The notes below the pieces were generated by a model. That model did not search any database. It was not told where the DNA came from and saw nothing but the letters and a program-made list of their open reading frames with translations. DNA of 64,000 nucleotides. It comes from Octopus vulgaris. Its lineage: Eukaryota. The stretch is taken from assembly GCA_951406725.2 (NCBI GenBank), contig OX597816.1, positions 98,456,001 to 98,520,000 of the forward strand, in the 5' to 3' direction. This document shows, piece by piece, positions 1 to 14,861 of the stretch. Position numbers and translations under genes: made by a program. Each line of letters begins with the position of its first letter. Position 1 is the stretch's first letter.

Positions 1-349
1 GTGTATGTGTGTGTGAGTGCGTGTGTGTTTGCCTATCTGCCTGTCTGTATGTAAGTGTGTCCGTCTTTGTGTGCATGCCTAAGCACATGAATGTCAATGC
101 ATATATGTGTGTGTGTGCGCGCGCGATTGTTTATGCTTGTGTGTGGTGGTGGTGGTGGTGGGCGGGATACTTGTATTTAAATATTTTCGGTAAATAGGAG
201 AATATTATACTGAATAAACTTTTGTATCTAATTTTGAAATGTAAACAAAAATGTATTTCGCTTGTTCTGGAACTGAAACCGGGGAGAAACAAAATTTTCA
301 CATACACATGCATTCACCGAATGCTTACCAAACACATTACTCAGATGTC

Positions 350-392
<43 letters not shown>

Positions 393-539
393 GTATACTC
401 ACATGTATAAATGCACACATACACTCATGTGTATATCTATGTATTTATATTATACATATATACATATTTCGTTTCTGTATTTAGTTTGCAAAGATTATTT
501 ATGTGAATTTGTATGTTGAAGCATATCTTAATGTGTCTG

Positions 540-737
540 GGGAGAGTCATTCTCATTTAGCGCTTTATTCTGTAACACACACGCCGGTTCGATTTCCCCT
601 CATTCACTTATTCATTTTTTTCTAACGAAAATAATATGCAAGATTGGACGAAAATTTAAGAAAAATTAAATAAATGAGTGGAAATCGAACTGGTGAGCGT
701 GTTAATTAATAAAGCCCGAAAAGAGAATGACTTTCCC
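540..737. repeat. Inverted repeat with about 85 bp arms (540-625 / 656-737), probably the terminus of a non-autonomous PLE-like element
   Basis: Left arm GGGAGAGTCATTCTC...GGTTCGATTTCCCCTCATT matches the reverse complement of right arm AATGAGTGGAAATCGAAC...GAGAATGACTTTCCC, with scattered mismatches. Followed by a (TA)n(GT)n tract. Confidence 0.8.
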
Positions 738-741
738 GAAA

Positions 742-772
742 ATATATATATATATGTGTGTATGTGTGTGTG

Positions 773-843
<71 letters not shown>

Positions 844-900
844 GCGTGTATGTATATATATATATATTTACATTTACACGCACACACACATACACACACT
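742..900. repeat. Compound (TA)n/(GT)n/(CA)n microsatellite, representative of dozens in the window
   Basis: Direct reading of the sequence. Confidence 0.95.
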
Positions 901-1213
901 GAAGCACGTACACAAATACACACAAACACACGCACGACAAAAAATATTGAGTGAAATGTATAGAGAAATCTGTGTGCAAGCGTATAAAATAACCTTAACA
1001 TGCAATTCAAAGGTCTTCATAACAATTCTATATAAAGGGTGCACGTGTCCATTTTATTTTCAGGCTCTTACACTTTCATTTAGTGGGTAGTTACTTTTCA
1101 TGGTTATACAAATCCATGATCAGCAGATCATCTCCGAAACTGACGGATGAACCAACACACATTTAGACAGACACACGCGCGCGCAGAATGTGTGTGTGTA
1201 AATATAAATATAA

Positions 1214-1271
<58 letters not shown>

Positions 1272-1276
1272 ATCTA

Positions 1277-1330
<54 letters not shown>

Positions 1331-1400
1331 AACACATATATATGTACATAAACATATATATATATAGTTAAATAGATAGATAGATGATAGATAGGAAGAT
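1214..1400. repeat. (TATC)n-(TA)n-(GATA)n compound microsatellite
   Basis: Direct reading. The TATC and GATA blocks are mutual reverse complements around a (TA)n core. Confidence 0.9.
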
Positions 1401-2069
1401 AAATAAATAGATATTTGTTTCTATACATAAGCATGTATGTATGTAAATGTGTATGCATTTATGTATGTATGTATATCGTTTGAGTGTGTGTCATATGAAT
1501 GCATTACGAGTTATAGATAGAGATCGAAGACTGTGAAGAGATAAACATAGATATGGATGACGTTCGTGTGTGTGTGTATGTGTGTGTGTCAGTGTGCATA
1601 TTTGTGTGTGTGTGCATGTGTCTTTATGCAATTGTATTATTCGTGTCTGTATATTTGAGCATGTGTGTATGCGTATGTTTGTGCATGCTCACACGCGTAT
1701 ACGTCTGTGTTTTATACACACGTGTACGACAACTTAGTCTCTGACACTTCCTATATCTGTCTTTCTCTCCTCTTCTCACTCTGTGCATGTCATTACCAGC
1801 TGACTGCAAATTTTCTTTCACTAAAGCAACAAGAAGAAATTAACAAGTTATAGAAAAATCTGATGGGTACGTACATCTAATGTAAATATTAGGGAAACTA
1901 TTCCTCTGGAATCTGACACTAACTTATATAGTAAAACACCCTAACGACTCTATTCTTCTCCGAAATACCACACAGAGTAGTTTTCTTTCAAATTCTGCCT
2001 CACCACCGTCAACATTTCCACACCTAACTCACATATCCGTATTGTTCGCTTCGTAGTTGCAAATAATCT

Positions 2070-2712
2070 CTCCAATTCAATTTCTTCTCCATTCTTACTC
2101 TCCTTTTCTAATCTGTTGTGTATCAGTTTTATACCATACCGCTTTTCATTTCCACGCACACCATTTCCACGCACACACTTTATATTTTCTATCTTCTTCG
2201 TCGTTATTTTTTCTTCCTTTTCTGAGTTTTCCATCCAGACACTTTCACTTCCTTCAATATTTCATATCATCACTCTTTTTTCACTCTTTGTTTTTCCTGT
2301 ACTTCTCTTTTCTCCTTGGCACTCTCAATCTTTGTCTTCCTGTGCCTGTCTCACGATCACTCATTCATTCATTCACTATCACACTCTTCCAAAACCTCTC
2401 TCTTTCTCTCTCCTTTCTCCATCACATACTCTTACTCGCTCTCCTTTCTCTTCTCCTATCTCTCTCTCTCTCTCTCTCTATGTATCTGTCTACACATCTA
2501 TCTCTTTATCAACAATAAATCAAAAACAAAAGAAACTGACAGCCCAAATAAAATACACAGAATATTGTCTGTCTTGCTAGTCCACTTTCTCATACTCTTA
2601 CTCTTCACCTTCTTTGTTTTCTCCTCCCTATTCGCCTTCTTCTCTTCCTCCTCTTCCTTCTCCTTTCTCTCTTTCGCCTTCTCCTCCTCTTTTCCATTAC
2701 GTCTTCTTCTTT
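2070..2712. repeat. Pyrimidine-rich (CT/CTT) low-complexity tract
   Basis: The + strand is dominated by C/T runs, which explains the spurious Ser/Leu/Phe-rich and Lys/Glu/Arg-rich ORFs here. Confidence 0.85.
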
Positions 2713-2979
2713 CAATTGTATGTATGGTTTGCTCAAGGTGGGCACTGACCACATTACTTCTATCATGGAAAAACTGCCGGTCTGCACACTTGGAAGAATT
2801 TGTCTACACAAGTACTGGAATTACCATTTCTAACTTTCTTCACATCAATTTAACCATGGAAATTATAGAGGAATGTATGTAAACACTATCACCTCAGTAT
2901 CATAAAATAATTACCAAAAACAAAAACAAGTTTATACATACATACATACTTACATACACACATACACACACGCACACAC

Positions 2980-3064
<85 letters not shown>

Positions 3065-4122
3065 TATACATGAAATTGCATACATTCGCTCATACATGTG
3101 TATCAACTTATATCCTCATAAATTTTTCGTAATCCTTTCGTCTCATGGATATATTAGTCGTATTCCACAAAGAGCATTGATAGTAAAGTACAGAGTACAT
3201 ATACTTTGGTAAAGAAAAATTAAAAGGTATCTTACTGAAAGTAATTAAAGCAAATATATTTTTATATAATTTCAAAATTACAAGGAGCAAAATTGATGTA
3301 GAAAATACCACAGCGTTGTAACTTCTTTAAATCTTGTTGCTAGCAAAACAAAAATCAGAGAAAAGAATTCTTCCTTCTTCCATTAGAATTCAATTCATAA
3401 TTTTAAAATTAACACTCAGTATTTAACTGATATATTATTATTTTAGGAGAGTTATCATACATAATTACAGTTTCAACCACGTTGTATTTATATGTTTCTC
3501 CGTTGTTTTACATTTCATCTGGTCCCTTCTTTACACTGGATGTAAACAACTACTTTTCTCTCCTCTTCGCTCGTCCTTCCTTCACGCTGATTCTGACTCT
3601 CTATTTTAATGTTTTTCTTTCCGTCTCTATTTTAGTTTGTTTCTTTCCGTCTCTCTATTTCCCTTGTCCTTCATGATATTAATATCTATATCTATAGGGA
3701 TATCTATAAATATATAACTTTAATTGACAACGTAACAACTCGTATGAGTGTATGAGGTTAATTTATAAGAAATACCTTTGAAAAGGAACAGGGGGAACAA
3801 AAAATCCTGAAAGTAACGTACTGATAACCTGCTGTGAATTATTAGAATACATAGAAGATAAAAGAAAAATAATAATTGAAATACAAAATTATGCAACAAT
3901 CGACATGCAATAAGTAAGATCAAAGGATATAAACTTTCACAAGAATCTGTTAACAAAACTCATTTCAACTACTTCACAACTAATTCTATCTGAATCATCT
4001 TTATCTGTTTCTTTATCAACCTCTCTTTCAGTTTTTGTCTCTCCCTACAACAACAATTACTACTGTTAATACTACTGGTTAATAATTTTATTCATCTTGC
4101 CAATAATTCTCGTTGCATTTGC

Positions 4123-4156
<34 letters not shown>

Positions 4157-4474
4157 ATTGTATACACACACAGAGAAGATCATATATAAAACATGTGATC
4201 GTGTTCAGGATTTACCATTGCCGAAGTCTAAGGTTTGTCATATTACTGTTTATTATTTATACGTACATGTCTATACACGTATACGTAATGTCCTGTTGTA
4301 TTTGACTGTGTCTGTTTGGTTATGTAATAAGTCCGATTAACTTCTAATAATGTAAATCTATGACATGAACAACGGTATATCTTACATCATGTGCATATAT
4401 CTGATAAGCAGCCACATTGGCAAACAGTTACTGTAACTTTATAAGAACTGTTTCCAACGATATATATATATATA

Positions 4475-4559
4475 AATAGACAGACAGATAGATAGACAGT
4501 TAGATAGAGAGACAATCAGACAGACAGACAAAGAGACAGACAGATAGATAGATAGATAT

Positions 4560-4619
<60 letters not shown>

Positions 4620-4620
4620 G
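4475..4620. repeat. (GACA)/(GATA)n tetranucleotide microsatellite
   Basis: Direct reading. Confidence 0.95.
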
Positions 4621-4724
4621 GATATACTTCTGTAACACACGTTGAAGCACATTCATGGTGCGACGCAATATGGCATGTACAGACATACACATTCATACAC
4701 ACACAAACAAACACACATCCATAT

Positions 4725-4769
<45 letters not shown>

Positions 4770-5046
4770 CACCACTTTTAATTTAGTAGTTCCAAGACAC
4801 TGGAGAATAGCACATATACTAAATCTTTGTCTAAGTCATTATCATGCGAACCACCTAAATTATCTGAATATATACACATACACACACACACAAACGCGCG
4901 CGCGCACACACGCACATATATATATGTTTGTATGGAGATACATCTACAGGCATAGATGTATATATTCACACATATATAAAGATATATGTATAAATATATA
5001 TGTATATGTGTGTGTGTCTGTATACATATATATAAACATATATACA

Positions 5047-5125
<79 letters not shown>

Positions 5126-5429
5126 CATGGTTAACTACATAACGAAGCGGATTTCGATGGGGTTAATATATTTTTTAAATATCAGTTGGGATTTGCGGTT
5201 GGAAAAATTTTCAAGAAAATCCCAAGAAAATACTCAAGCTAAAAATATATAATATACAGTATTAAAAAATAATCAAAATCTTGTGCACACACAACACAGG
5301 CACACACACACACACATACACCTGCATACATATACTCTGACACACATACACACACTTACAAATACTTACGCTGATAGCCATTTATGCACTTTCGCTTTTA
5401 TATACATATTAGCGTTTATAATACTTATA

Positions 5430-5492
<63 letters not shown>

Positions 5493-5843
5493 GAGAGAGA
5501 AAGAGAAAAGAGAGAGAGAGAGAGAAAGAGAGACATGATGCATATATGTGTGTTTGTGTTGATTTATATTTATGTATATACATACTTGTAGAAAAACATG
5601 TGCATGTGTGTGTATATGTATAGTACAACGCATGATGAGTCAATTGCTTCATATACGTAACGCGTCATACGTCAATATACACATTGTCAGATTATATGAA
5701 AATTCAACACGTGTTTCGAACAACATCCTCGATCATTACAACAATGTCGTTATGCCGCTATGTATATACCGACGTAATTTGCATATGTCTAAACTTCATA
5801 TACGTAAATGGACGCACACACAGACACACACACACGCACACAG

Positions 5844-5887
<44 letters not shown>

Positions 5888-6229
5888 GTATATATATATG
5901 CATATATATATATATATATATATACGTATACACACGCTCATATATACATATGTACATATATATGTATGCTTGTATGAATATATATATATATGCATGTGCG
6001 TATACGTTACATATGTGCAAAGATACATACATGCATACACAAACACACACGCGTGTATATACACACATATATAGATGCGTGTGTGTGCATCTAAGTGTTT
6101 GTATTCAAATACACAGACAGTACATATTCTCACATTGTAGTTTAGAAAACTACACCAGTCACTTAAGTGTATGCGACTACATTTTCCCGAAGTTCACATT
6201 CTCCACATCAAAAATCAGAGCCTAATATT

Positions 6230-6460
6230 CAACCGGGGTAGAGTTTAAAGGCCCAAAGATCTTAATATGTGGCGAAAGAAACTAAGAAAACTACTTCGAG
6301 TGAATGCAAATCTAGTCAAAAAAAAGTACCTGGTTAACTTTCTCTCTAGGATTTCAGATAAACCATCACAATAAGTAATGCAACTGGGGGAACGACGTCA
6401 AATTCCATTATTCACCAAATTTGAAGGCATTTAAACCACCTGTAATTGCATGGTCGTTAC
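6230..6460 (+). mobile_element. Degenerate 3' end of a CR1/L2-type LINE
   Basis: FKGPKILI-like codons and TCAAATTCCATTATTCACCAAAT loosely resemble the terminus of the LINE at 46900-47050 (YKGSQLFN; CCTTCATCCATCAAAT). Confidence 0.4.
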
Positions 6461-6891
6461 ATTTCTATATCTAAGTATCTGTAAATATATGAGTGCGCGC
6501 GCGTGTGTGTATAAGCATTACATATGTAGGTGTATATGCATGAGAGCGCACGTGTGTGTGGATATTCATATATATACTAACATACATATATGTATGTATA
6601 CATCCTACACACGTGTGTGTATGTATATATATATATATATATATGTACATACACAAACATGAGTAGGATATGTATAAGTATGTATACATGCATATATGCA
6701 GGTTAGTATGTATATGCATTTACACATACACATACACGGTCTCATGCATATACACCTATATATGCTATATGTATATGTAATGCATCAAGACACACATGCA
6801 CACAGACATATCTATATTTATTTACAGATATTTAGATATAGAAATATGCATAAGTGTATATACACATACCCACATATACTACACAAATACA

Positions 6892-6941
<50 letters not shown>

Positions 6942-7059
6942 CATACATATAGAAAAACCTATGTGTACGCACACACACTCACATACGAATACGCTTATAT
7001 ATCTATTAATATTCTTATAAAGCAAGTATTTATATATTTATTGCTTTTCCTCTAATTTG

Positions 7060-7103
<44 letters not shown>

Positions 7104-7388
7104 GTACGTATGTATGTATTACATATATGTATATATATATATTATTTATATTATGTATTTTTGTATACGTACGTGTCATATTGCTTATATACACAGTTAC
7201 TTTCAATATGTATATATAATTAAAATTACCCATTCTAAAATATATCCGTAGTACTGTATGTCTGTACATCTGTGCATGTTTGCGTGTTTGTGAGTGTGTG
7301 AGTATGCATATGATCGTCTTTGGTATAAGCCTGTTCGCTTCACAGCATTTATGTTGAACTTGTTAAGTGCACTAAATATTTAGCAATT

Positions 7389-7429
<41 letters not shown>

Positions 7430-8196
7430 ATGTATCTATGTATGTATCTATGAATGCATGCATGGGCAGATGGCTGGAGATATATATATATATATGTATG
7501 TGTGTGTGGATGGATGGATAGATGGATGCATCGATGGTTGGATGGATGGATGGATGGATACTGTAATTGTCAGTAAAGTTGCGAAAATAACTACTGACAC
7601 ACCAACATATTATTTATGTGTGAATTACAGAATTTTCTCCTCTTTAGTGTGAATCTCCCTCACACATACATATTCGTTCTGTCTGTCTGTCTCTCTCAGT
7701 CCCGCTGTGTCTCTTCTTTTCTGTGTGTGTTTTTTTGCTCAGCACTCTCTCCTTATATCTGTATTGACGAAATTTCAAGTGACATAACAATAGAACTGTC
7801 ATTCTAATCGTTTGCACTTCAGCTTCTCTAAATTGGGTGTGGCATACGCGAAAGTGGTCGTGTGTAAAAAAAGCGTTAGAGATCAACACATAAGCGTACT
7901 GAAAATGTACATTCATAAACTACAACATGTAAATACATGTTATGAAATATGTCATGCTTGCGCTCTCCTCTTCCTGATGATCTCACTTCTATTTTCAATA
8001 TACTTTCCTCTTTCTCTCAGTGTTAAATATTTTCTACTTACGGATGCAAATCACATTGTTTACTGTGTATTTAAATTGCATCATCGAAAAAAGAATATTT
8101 GAAAAATAATTTTTTTATTTGTGCGGTGCTTGAGGCGCTTGGATGTTTCTATGTACTTATATATTGCACACAGGAGCAATCACAAACAAACGCGCT

Positions 8197-8256
<60 letters not shown>

Positions 8257-8859
8257 GACGTATATATATATTTATTTATTTACATGTATATGTGCACATA
8301 CACACACACACACACACATATATATATATGTATATATATATATTATACACATATACACATATATATTTATATACATATATATATATACATACATAAATTC
8401 ATATACTCACACACACACATTCATATATACACACGTAAACACATTGCTTCACAAGTGATGATTCATATATGCCTTCTCCCTATTATTCGCAAACAAGATA
8501 TGAATTGATTAAAAGTTTATTCCTTTCTCATGTCCGCTCACTTATTCTGTTATTCTATTTCCCTTTCTCTCACTGAATACCCACCTCTACCTCCATAATA
8601 TGAACACGCAGACACATACAGATGATATATGTGTGAGTTAATATACACACATGTATATGAGGTATACACCTATTCACTATTATAGTAGCTAAACACATGT
8701 GTACTATAAATACTTTACAATGAATCTTCAGCTGACAATCTGTATTAGCATATACGCGTATTACATATGTTTTGTATGTGTACATAGATGTACACATATA
8801 TATATAAACGCACATAAACACATCACAAACGTTCATACGCGTGTATATATGTGAATCTA

Positions 8860-8952
8860 CAACAACATGAACTTCCAACCCTGTTGTCTCTTGAGGTCTC
8901 TGGGTGAGACTTGGAGCCAACTTGTACAAATATAAAGCAAAAGTCAAACATA

Positions 8953-9038
<86 letters not shown>
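8860..9038 (+). mobile_element. LINE 3' UTR fragment with stem-loop and (AAT)n tail
   Basis: A nested hairpin (TTCCAA..GTCTC..GAGAC-TTGGAG) is followed by an about 85 bp (AAT)n run, as expected for a 5'-truncated non-LTR retroelement. Confidence 0.55.
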
Positions 9039-9049
9039 TGACAACTAAA

Positions 9050-9248
9050 GAATGAATGAGACCTCGATATTATGTAAACAGAGGAAATTATCTATAATAT
9101 ATGTGACAAATTAGTCTGTTACCATAATAAAACTCAGGGTTTCGGATGTCGGGGCAGACTTCTGCCCCTGCATCTCGTCAGTTATTAAGACAAACAAACA
9201 TGCTATGACATCCGAAACTCTGAATTTTATTATGGCAACTAACTAATT

Positions 9249-9257
<9 letters not shown>
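9050..9257 (-). mobile_element. Short non-autonomous Penelope-like element with hammerhead motif and inverted 3'-end duplication
   Basis: Arms 9098-9150 and 9207-9257 are reverse complements (CCATAATAAAACTCAGGGTTTCGGATGTC vs GACATCCGAAACTCTGAATTTTATTATGG). It lies between (AAT)n and (TA)n and contains a hammerhead core. Confidence 0.7.
9125..9187 (-). ncRNA. Type I hammerhead ribozyme motif
   Basis: Minus strand reads TAATAA CTGACGA GATG-CA-GGGGCAG AAGT CTGCCCC-GA-CATC C GAAAC CCTGA GTT TTATTA. This gives a 6 bp stem I, an intact core, a long GC-rich stem II and a GUU triplet. Confidence 0.75.
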
Positions 9258-9346
<89 letters not shown>

Positions 9347-9378
9347 GTAGGTCCCGTTATATATATACTCAATACATA

Positions 9379-9423
<45 letters not shown>

Positions 9424-9442
9424 TATATATATACACATATGC

Positions 9443-9491
<49 letters not shown>

Positions 9492-9499
9492 TACACACA

Positions 9500-9530
<31 letters not shown>

Positions 9531-9553
9531 CTTATATATACATATATATATAT

Positions 9554-9618
<65 letters not shown>

Positions 9619-9633
9619 TATATATATACATAT

Positions 9634-9664
<31 letters not shown>

Positions 9665-9737
9665 AAGCATATTACTCTACCACTGGTATTTGAGTACGCT
9701 ATTTTTCCACCTTGTTTCACATTTATGTGTTTACTCC

Positions 9738-9799
<62 letters not shown>

Positions 9800-12700
9800 A
9801 ATATATGTGTATGTCTGTGTGTGTTTGTGTGGTTTGTGTATTGAGAAAAAGTAACAGTAATAATCGAATCATAAGCACATCGACTTTCTTATGATTGAGC
9901 TTTACTTTACATTGTTGAACTGAGTTTATTTGATGCAAAAGAGTTGCATTTTGTCCTACCAATGCCATTATATATATTCTCAATATCTGAAAAGTAGAAA
10001 TGAATTGACATCAGTTATTCATTATTATTTTAATCATTATGTTTTTGCATTCATTATCGAACTCGTGTTACTGTCAATGTTAGCAATGTCCTTTGTGTTC
10101 ACTTAAGTTTTTAAGTCCGATTAGAGCACTTGTCATAATTTGTTTCGTTTGTGATTATTTCCGAAAAGTTAGAGCTTTATCTGCATGCAAAGTGTAGTAT
10201 ACGATTCTGTAAGTTTGTAAAATTGACATTATAGATACACTCCAGACACCCTCCAAACATATATATGTTAGATATATATACATACACACACACGCATGCA
10301 CATACACACACACATACACACATATAAACAGTTTTATTAATATATATATTTGCTTGCAAAAGCCTGTTCTTTCCATCAAACTTTCGTATCTCCACTTGCT
10401 TCAGGTCCCAAGATATCAAAAATTGTTAAAGTGTAGTACAACGGTTTTGCTATGGAATGGTGAAACACTTTTTTTCGTTTTCTGAAAAAGATACGTTTTG
10501 GACTTACAACACTTTTTGCATTAACAGCAACGAAATATATAATACACACACATATAAGTTAACATATACATACATGCATAGATACATCCTTCCTGACTGA
10601 TGATAAAAGCCATGTAATTAACTTACTGTACTCGTAAATCTAATTACTTCAGAAAAGCTTTGTTTACAAACGTCGATAATAACTAGGGAAATTATAATCT
10701 TAAATTGTTAATTGTTCGTGTATATTTAGGAACAAAAAATTATGTAGACATGTATGTGTGTTGCTTTGCAACGTACATGTTTCTTTCTTTCAATTTATAA
10801 ACAGCAATAACTCCCTGTTTTATTATTGGAAATAAATTTTCGTAAATATGATATATGGAACTTCTTAGAAAACTATTCTTTAGTGGATTGCTTGACAGAT
10901 AAACATCTCTGTCTTCAACGAAGTGTTTGTCTTCCAAATGTTACACTTGTGTTCATTTTTGCGGTACAAAATGACTTTGTTGTTATTCGTTGTTTGAACT
11001 TTTTGCATTACCTCAGACACAAACCATCATTAATTTCCCCGGATTGTATTACTCTCTGTATTTATACCGGTGCATCTTGAAGTGGTATTAAATAAATTTT
11101 CTGAATTCACTATATTGAATATCCTCAAGTATGAAATGATATTCATTTATTGAAGTATGAAATCTACCTAGAAATTTCCATGAATTTTTCTATATACTTC
11201 AAAGACATATTTAACTGTAAATTGCACTTTCTTCCTCCACTTGGTTTTCTTCCTTAGAGTAAAATGTAAATTAATAGCTGAGGGCGGCGTGGAATGCTAC
11301 GCCGAATAAGTATTACTGTCTTCATATTAAAATTCATGCTTACATCATCATTATATTTTCCATAACTAATATGTTAGACTTGTTCTCTTACATTTTTTTA
11401 TGACAAACGTATAAAAAGTAAAATTATTCTTGGGAGGTGTTTTACTTTTGAAAACCGAGCTAGAGGCTTTATTTTTCTTTCTTCATTCCATTTCAAGCTG
11501 TTAGTTTTTCTATCGTTCATTCATGCATAATTCCATCCAACCATCCATACTTTCTTTCTTTCTTTCATGCTTTCTTTCTTTCTTTCTTTCTTTTCTTCTT
11601 GGTGATCATCCTTATCGTTGGTACAATCGTTCTCCTATATCCTTTATCACTTAGTGAACTCATGACTAATCATTTGGTCGTTTTCTCTGCCTTGTCCTCT
11701 TCCTACTCCACCATCACTACCACCATCACAGTTGCCTCCATTACAATCATCACAAGCACCGCCATTACGGCTACTGTACTCTGACTTTCCTGGGTACTCT
11801 TACACTTGGGCATATACATATAGTGTCACATGTGGGTGTGAATATCTACCAAATTTTCACACCCTTAGCCAATTAATAAGGTATGTACGCATGTACACAG
11901 TTGTTTGACAAGCAGCTACATTTTTCTAAAGACGACTTGCACTACATATTATTGGACACTTTAACTATACCTACAAATCGATGGCATGGTCATGATGGGA
12001 ATGCTGAAGTCTGTGTGCATGCCTACAAATAGTCTTGTGGTTAAACTACAATAATTCTGGGTACTTAAATAGTTAAAGTACACGTTATTGTGAAGGATAT
12101 GTTCGCACACATGCACTAGTATAGAGCAACAGGTGGTTTGTTCGGACTTCCTTTTTGGATATCCCTTTGTCAGAGGTAACAGTATTAGTCTCACAACTTG
12201 TGAGATATATTTAAAAATTGTCTCTTTACTGTTAGTCTAGTGTGCATTGGAAATGCAGCTCCCATGACGCCAGGAGTTGTGTGATGAAGAGCCGAAGTTC
12301 AATTTAAACAGAAAACGAAGGCTGATCACTTACAACTTCGAGGACTCTGATGAACACAACTAATATATAGCAGCTGATGCTGAGCCAAACCTCAACTGTA
12401 CCGCCCTCCTTCATTGCGAACAAAAGGAATATATGAAATAAGCACACAAGTTGTGTTTCCCAGACTAAACTACATTTGATAAGTAAAATATGGTTCAGAC
12501 GTGTGGATTTTATTTCATGTTGCACAGTTCTACATAACTAAAACAAACTTGTGCTGGTACAGCTCTACGACCCCGTCTTTCTCGTGCCCTCTTTCTCTCT
12601 GTCTTTCCCCTCCATTTCTTTATATCTTCCTTTTTCTTCCTCTCTCCTATTTCTCTCTCTTTCTCTCCTTATCTCTCACTACCAGCAGCAGTTACATACT

Positions 12701-12837
12701 TGATGCTAGATTCGATCAAACGAGGAAAAATAAAGAGGATGTATGTGCCTCCGCGCGGCTAGATAGGGGGCTAAAAGAATTTGCGGAAACAGGGTACACG
12801 TTACCAAGTTGTGCTTGTTAATGACAGTTGCTGTGCA

Positions 12838-12939
<102 letters not shown>

Positions 12940-13868
12940 GCTGCATCAGTTTTACATTCATTCTTCAACTAACAATAACTGTCAACATTGATATTCCAAG
13001 AAAAAGGAAATCGGTGTTGATATTAAATATATGAATTAATTTCTTCATATCAATACGCATTATTTAGTGAACTAGGTAATCATAATGTGTAAGTTCCCAA
13101 GTCAACACCAAACTTCACCCATCATGTCTGTCATTAACCAAACAGTTAAAGGGAATATTTAAATTAGACATAAATAATTTAAGGGGATAATTCGGTGTTT
13201 AGTCCATTGAAATGGTATGTAATAACAACAAAGAAGCAAAATACTAATGTCAATATATAGGACCAACAAGTACTTCAAAATATAAGCAATTTTTACGTTA
13301 CAAATATTTTTCCTTTTGTTTAAGTTTCCTCATTATTAAACGACACTTCTGAAAATACAGGAACAAAAGTTTTAGATTAATCGTTTGGCAAGCGTATGGA
13401 TCAGCCCACTATACAAACACAAAAAAAACATCTAGGGAAAATATCAAAAGGTAATAATACAAACACAGCTTAAAATATTATAATTGACAGAGTATATTCA
13501 CATTTCAAAATCAGTTTTTTCTTAATACTTTGCATAAAGCAACGAACGCTGTCGATAATAGCACTATCCCATTTGTGAAGGATTGAAAGTCTGTCACTAA
13601 CTTGTGCGAATAAAAGCTAGGGAATAATTTTAATTCTTAATTAGTTTCCGGTATTTTGATTTATCTTTTGACATAATTGACATAGCGCTGTCAAAACCGA
13701 GTCTTGTTTTGCAAGATCTTTGTTATTTGCCGCTTGATAAATATAAAGAAACTATATAGGTGTCAAATAATTTAACAAAAAGTTACATATCTTTCTGTAT
13801 ACATGCATATATATTCGTACACGCACACATGCACACACACATTTATATATGTGTTTGTGTCTTTATGA

Positions 13869-13921
<53 letters not shown>

Positions 13922-14000
13922 TGCAAATATAAATATATATTTCTGTAAGCCTGTGATGTAAGTATATATAATATACATATGCGTGTGGATATGGATATAA

Positions 14001-14376
14001 GCACGCTCAGCGTGGCTGTGTGGTAACAAGCTTGCTTCCCAACCACATGGTTCTCGGTTCAGTTCCACCGCGTAGTACTTTGGGCAAGTGTCTTCTACTA
14101 TGACTTCGGGCTGACCAAAAACTTGTGAGTGGATTTGGTAGACTGAAAGACGCCCGTCGTATATCAATGTGCGTGTAAGTGTGTGTGTGTGTGTTTGTCT
14201 GTCTCTTTTGTTTTCCCGCTACCGCTTGACATCCGATGTTGGTGTGTTTACGTCTTTTATGCAATAAGTACTAAGCTTACAAAGAATAAGTCATGGGGTC
14301 GATTCATTCATCTAAAGGCGGTGGTCTAACATGGCAGCAGTCAAATGACTGAAACAGGTAAACGAATAAAAGAATA
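14001..14376 (+). mobile_element. tRNA-derived SINE, family A (octopus-type), near full length
   Basis: A box TGGCTGTGTGG, B box GGTTCAGTTCC, CORE-like TTGGGCAAGTGTCTT, internal (GT)n and tail CAGTCAAATGACTGAAACAGGTAAA. Several further copies occur in the window. Confidence 0.9.
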
Positions 14377-14450
14377 TACACATATATCTGTATGGATGGA
14401 TGCATGTATGTATGTACATGCGTACATATATACGTATGTATTTATATATA

Positions 14451-14526
<76 letters not shown>

Positions 14527-14861
14527 GGCGCATGGCTCAGTGGTTAGAGCGTCGAGCTTACGATCGTGAGGTTGTGAGCTCGAATCCCGCACCGGGCTGC
14601 GTGTTGTGTTCTCGAGCAAGGCACTTTATTTCACGTTGCTCCAGTTCACTCAGCTGTAGAAATGAGTTGCGACGTCAACGGTGCCAAGCTGTATCGACAT
14701 TTGTCTTTCCCTTGGATAACACTGGTGGCGTGGAGAGGGGAGGCTGGTATGCATGGGCGACTGCTGGCCTTCCATAAACAACCTTGCCCGGACTTGTGTC
14801 TAGGAGGGTAACTTTCTAGGTGCAATCCCATGGTCATTCATGACCGAAGGGGGTCTTTACC

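Noticed and set aside
2316-2882. 188 aa hydrophobic ORF
   Set aside because: It is mostly a CT-rich low-complexity tract, and the non-repetitive tail has no recognisable motif.
5700-5740. Minus-strand GAAAC ACGT GTT with a palindromic loop
   Set aside because: The upstream core reads ATGATCGA rather than CTGAnGA, and stem I is absent.
12700-12830. Small CpG-containing islet after a CT-rich tract, as a possible promoter
   Set aside because: No downstream exon or ORF and no diagnostic motif; not supportable from sequence alone.
14527-14600. tRNA-like sequence with a TAC triplet in the anticodon position
   Set aside because: The acceptor and anticodon stems do not pair properly and the sequence runs into a SINE body, so it is a SINE head rather than a tRNA gene.
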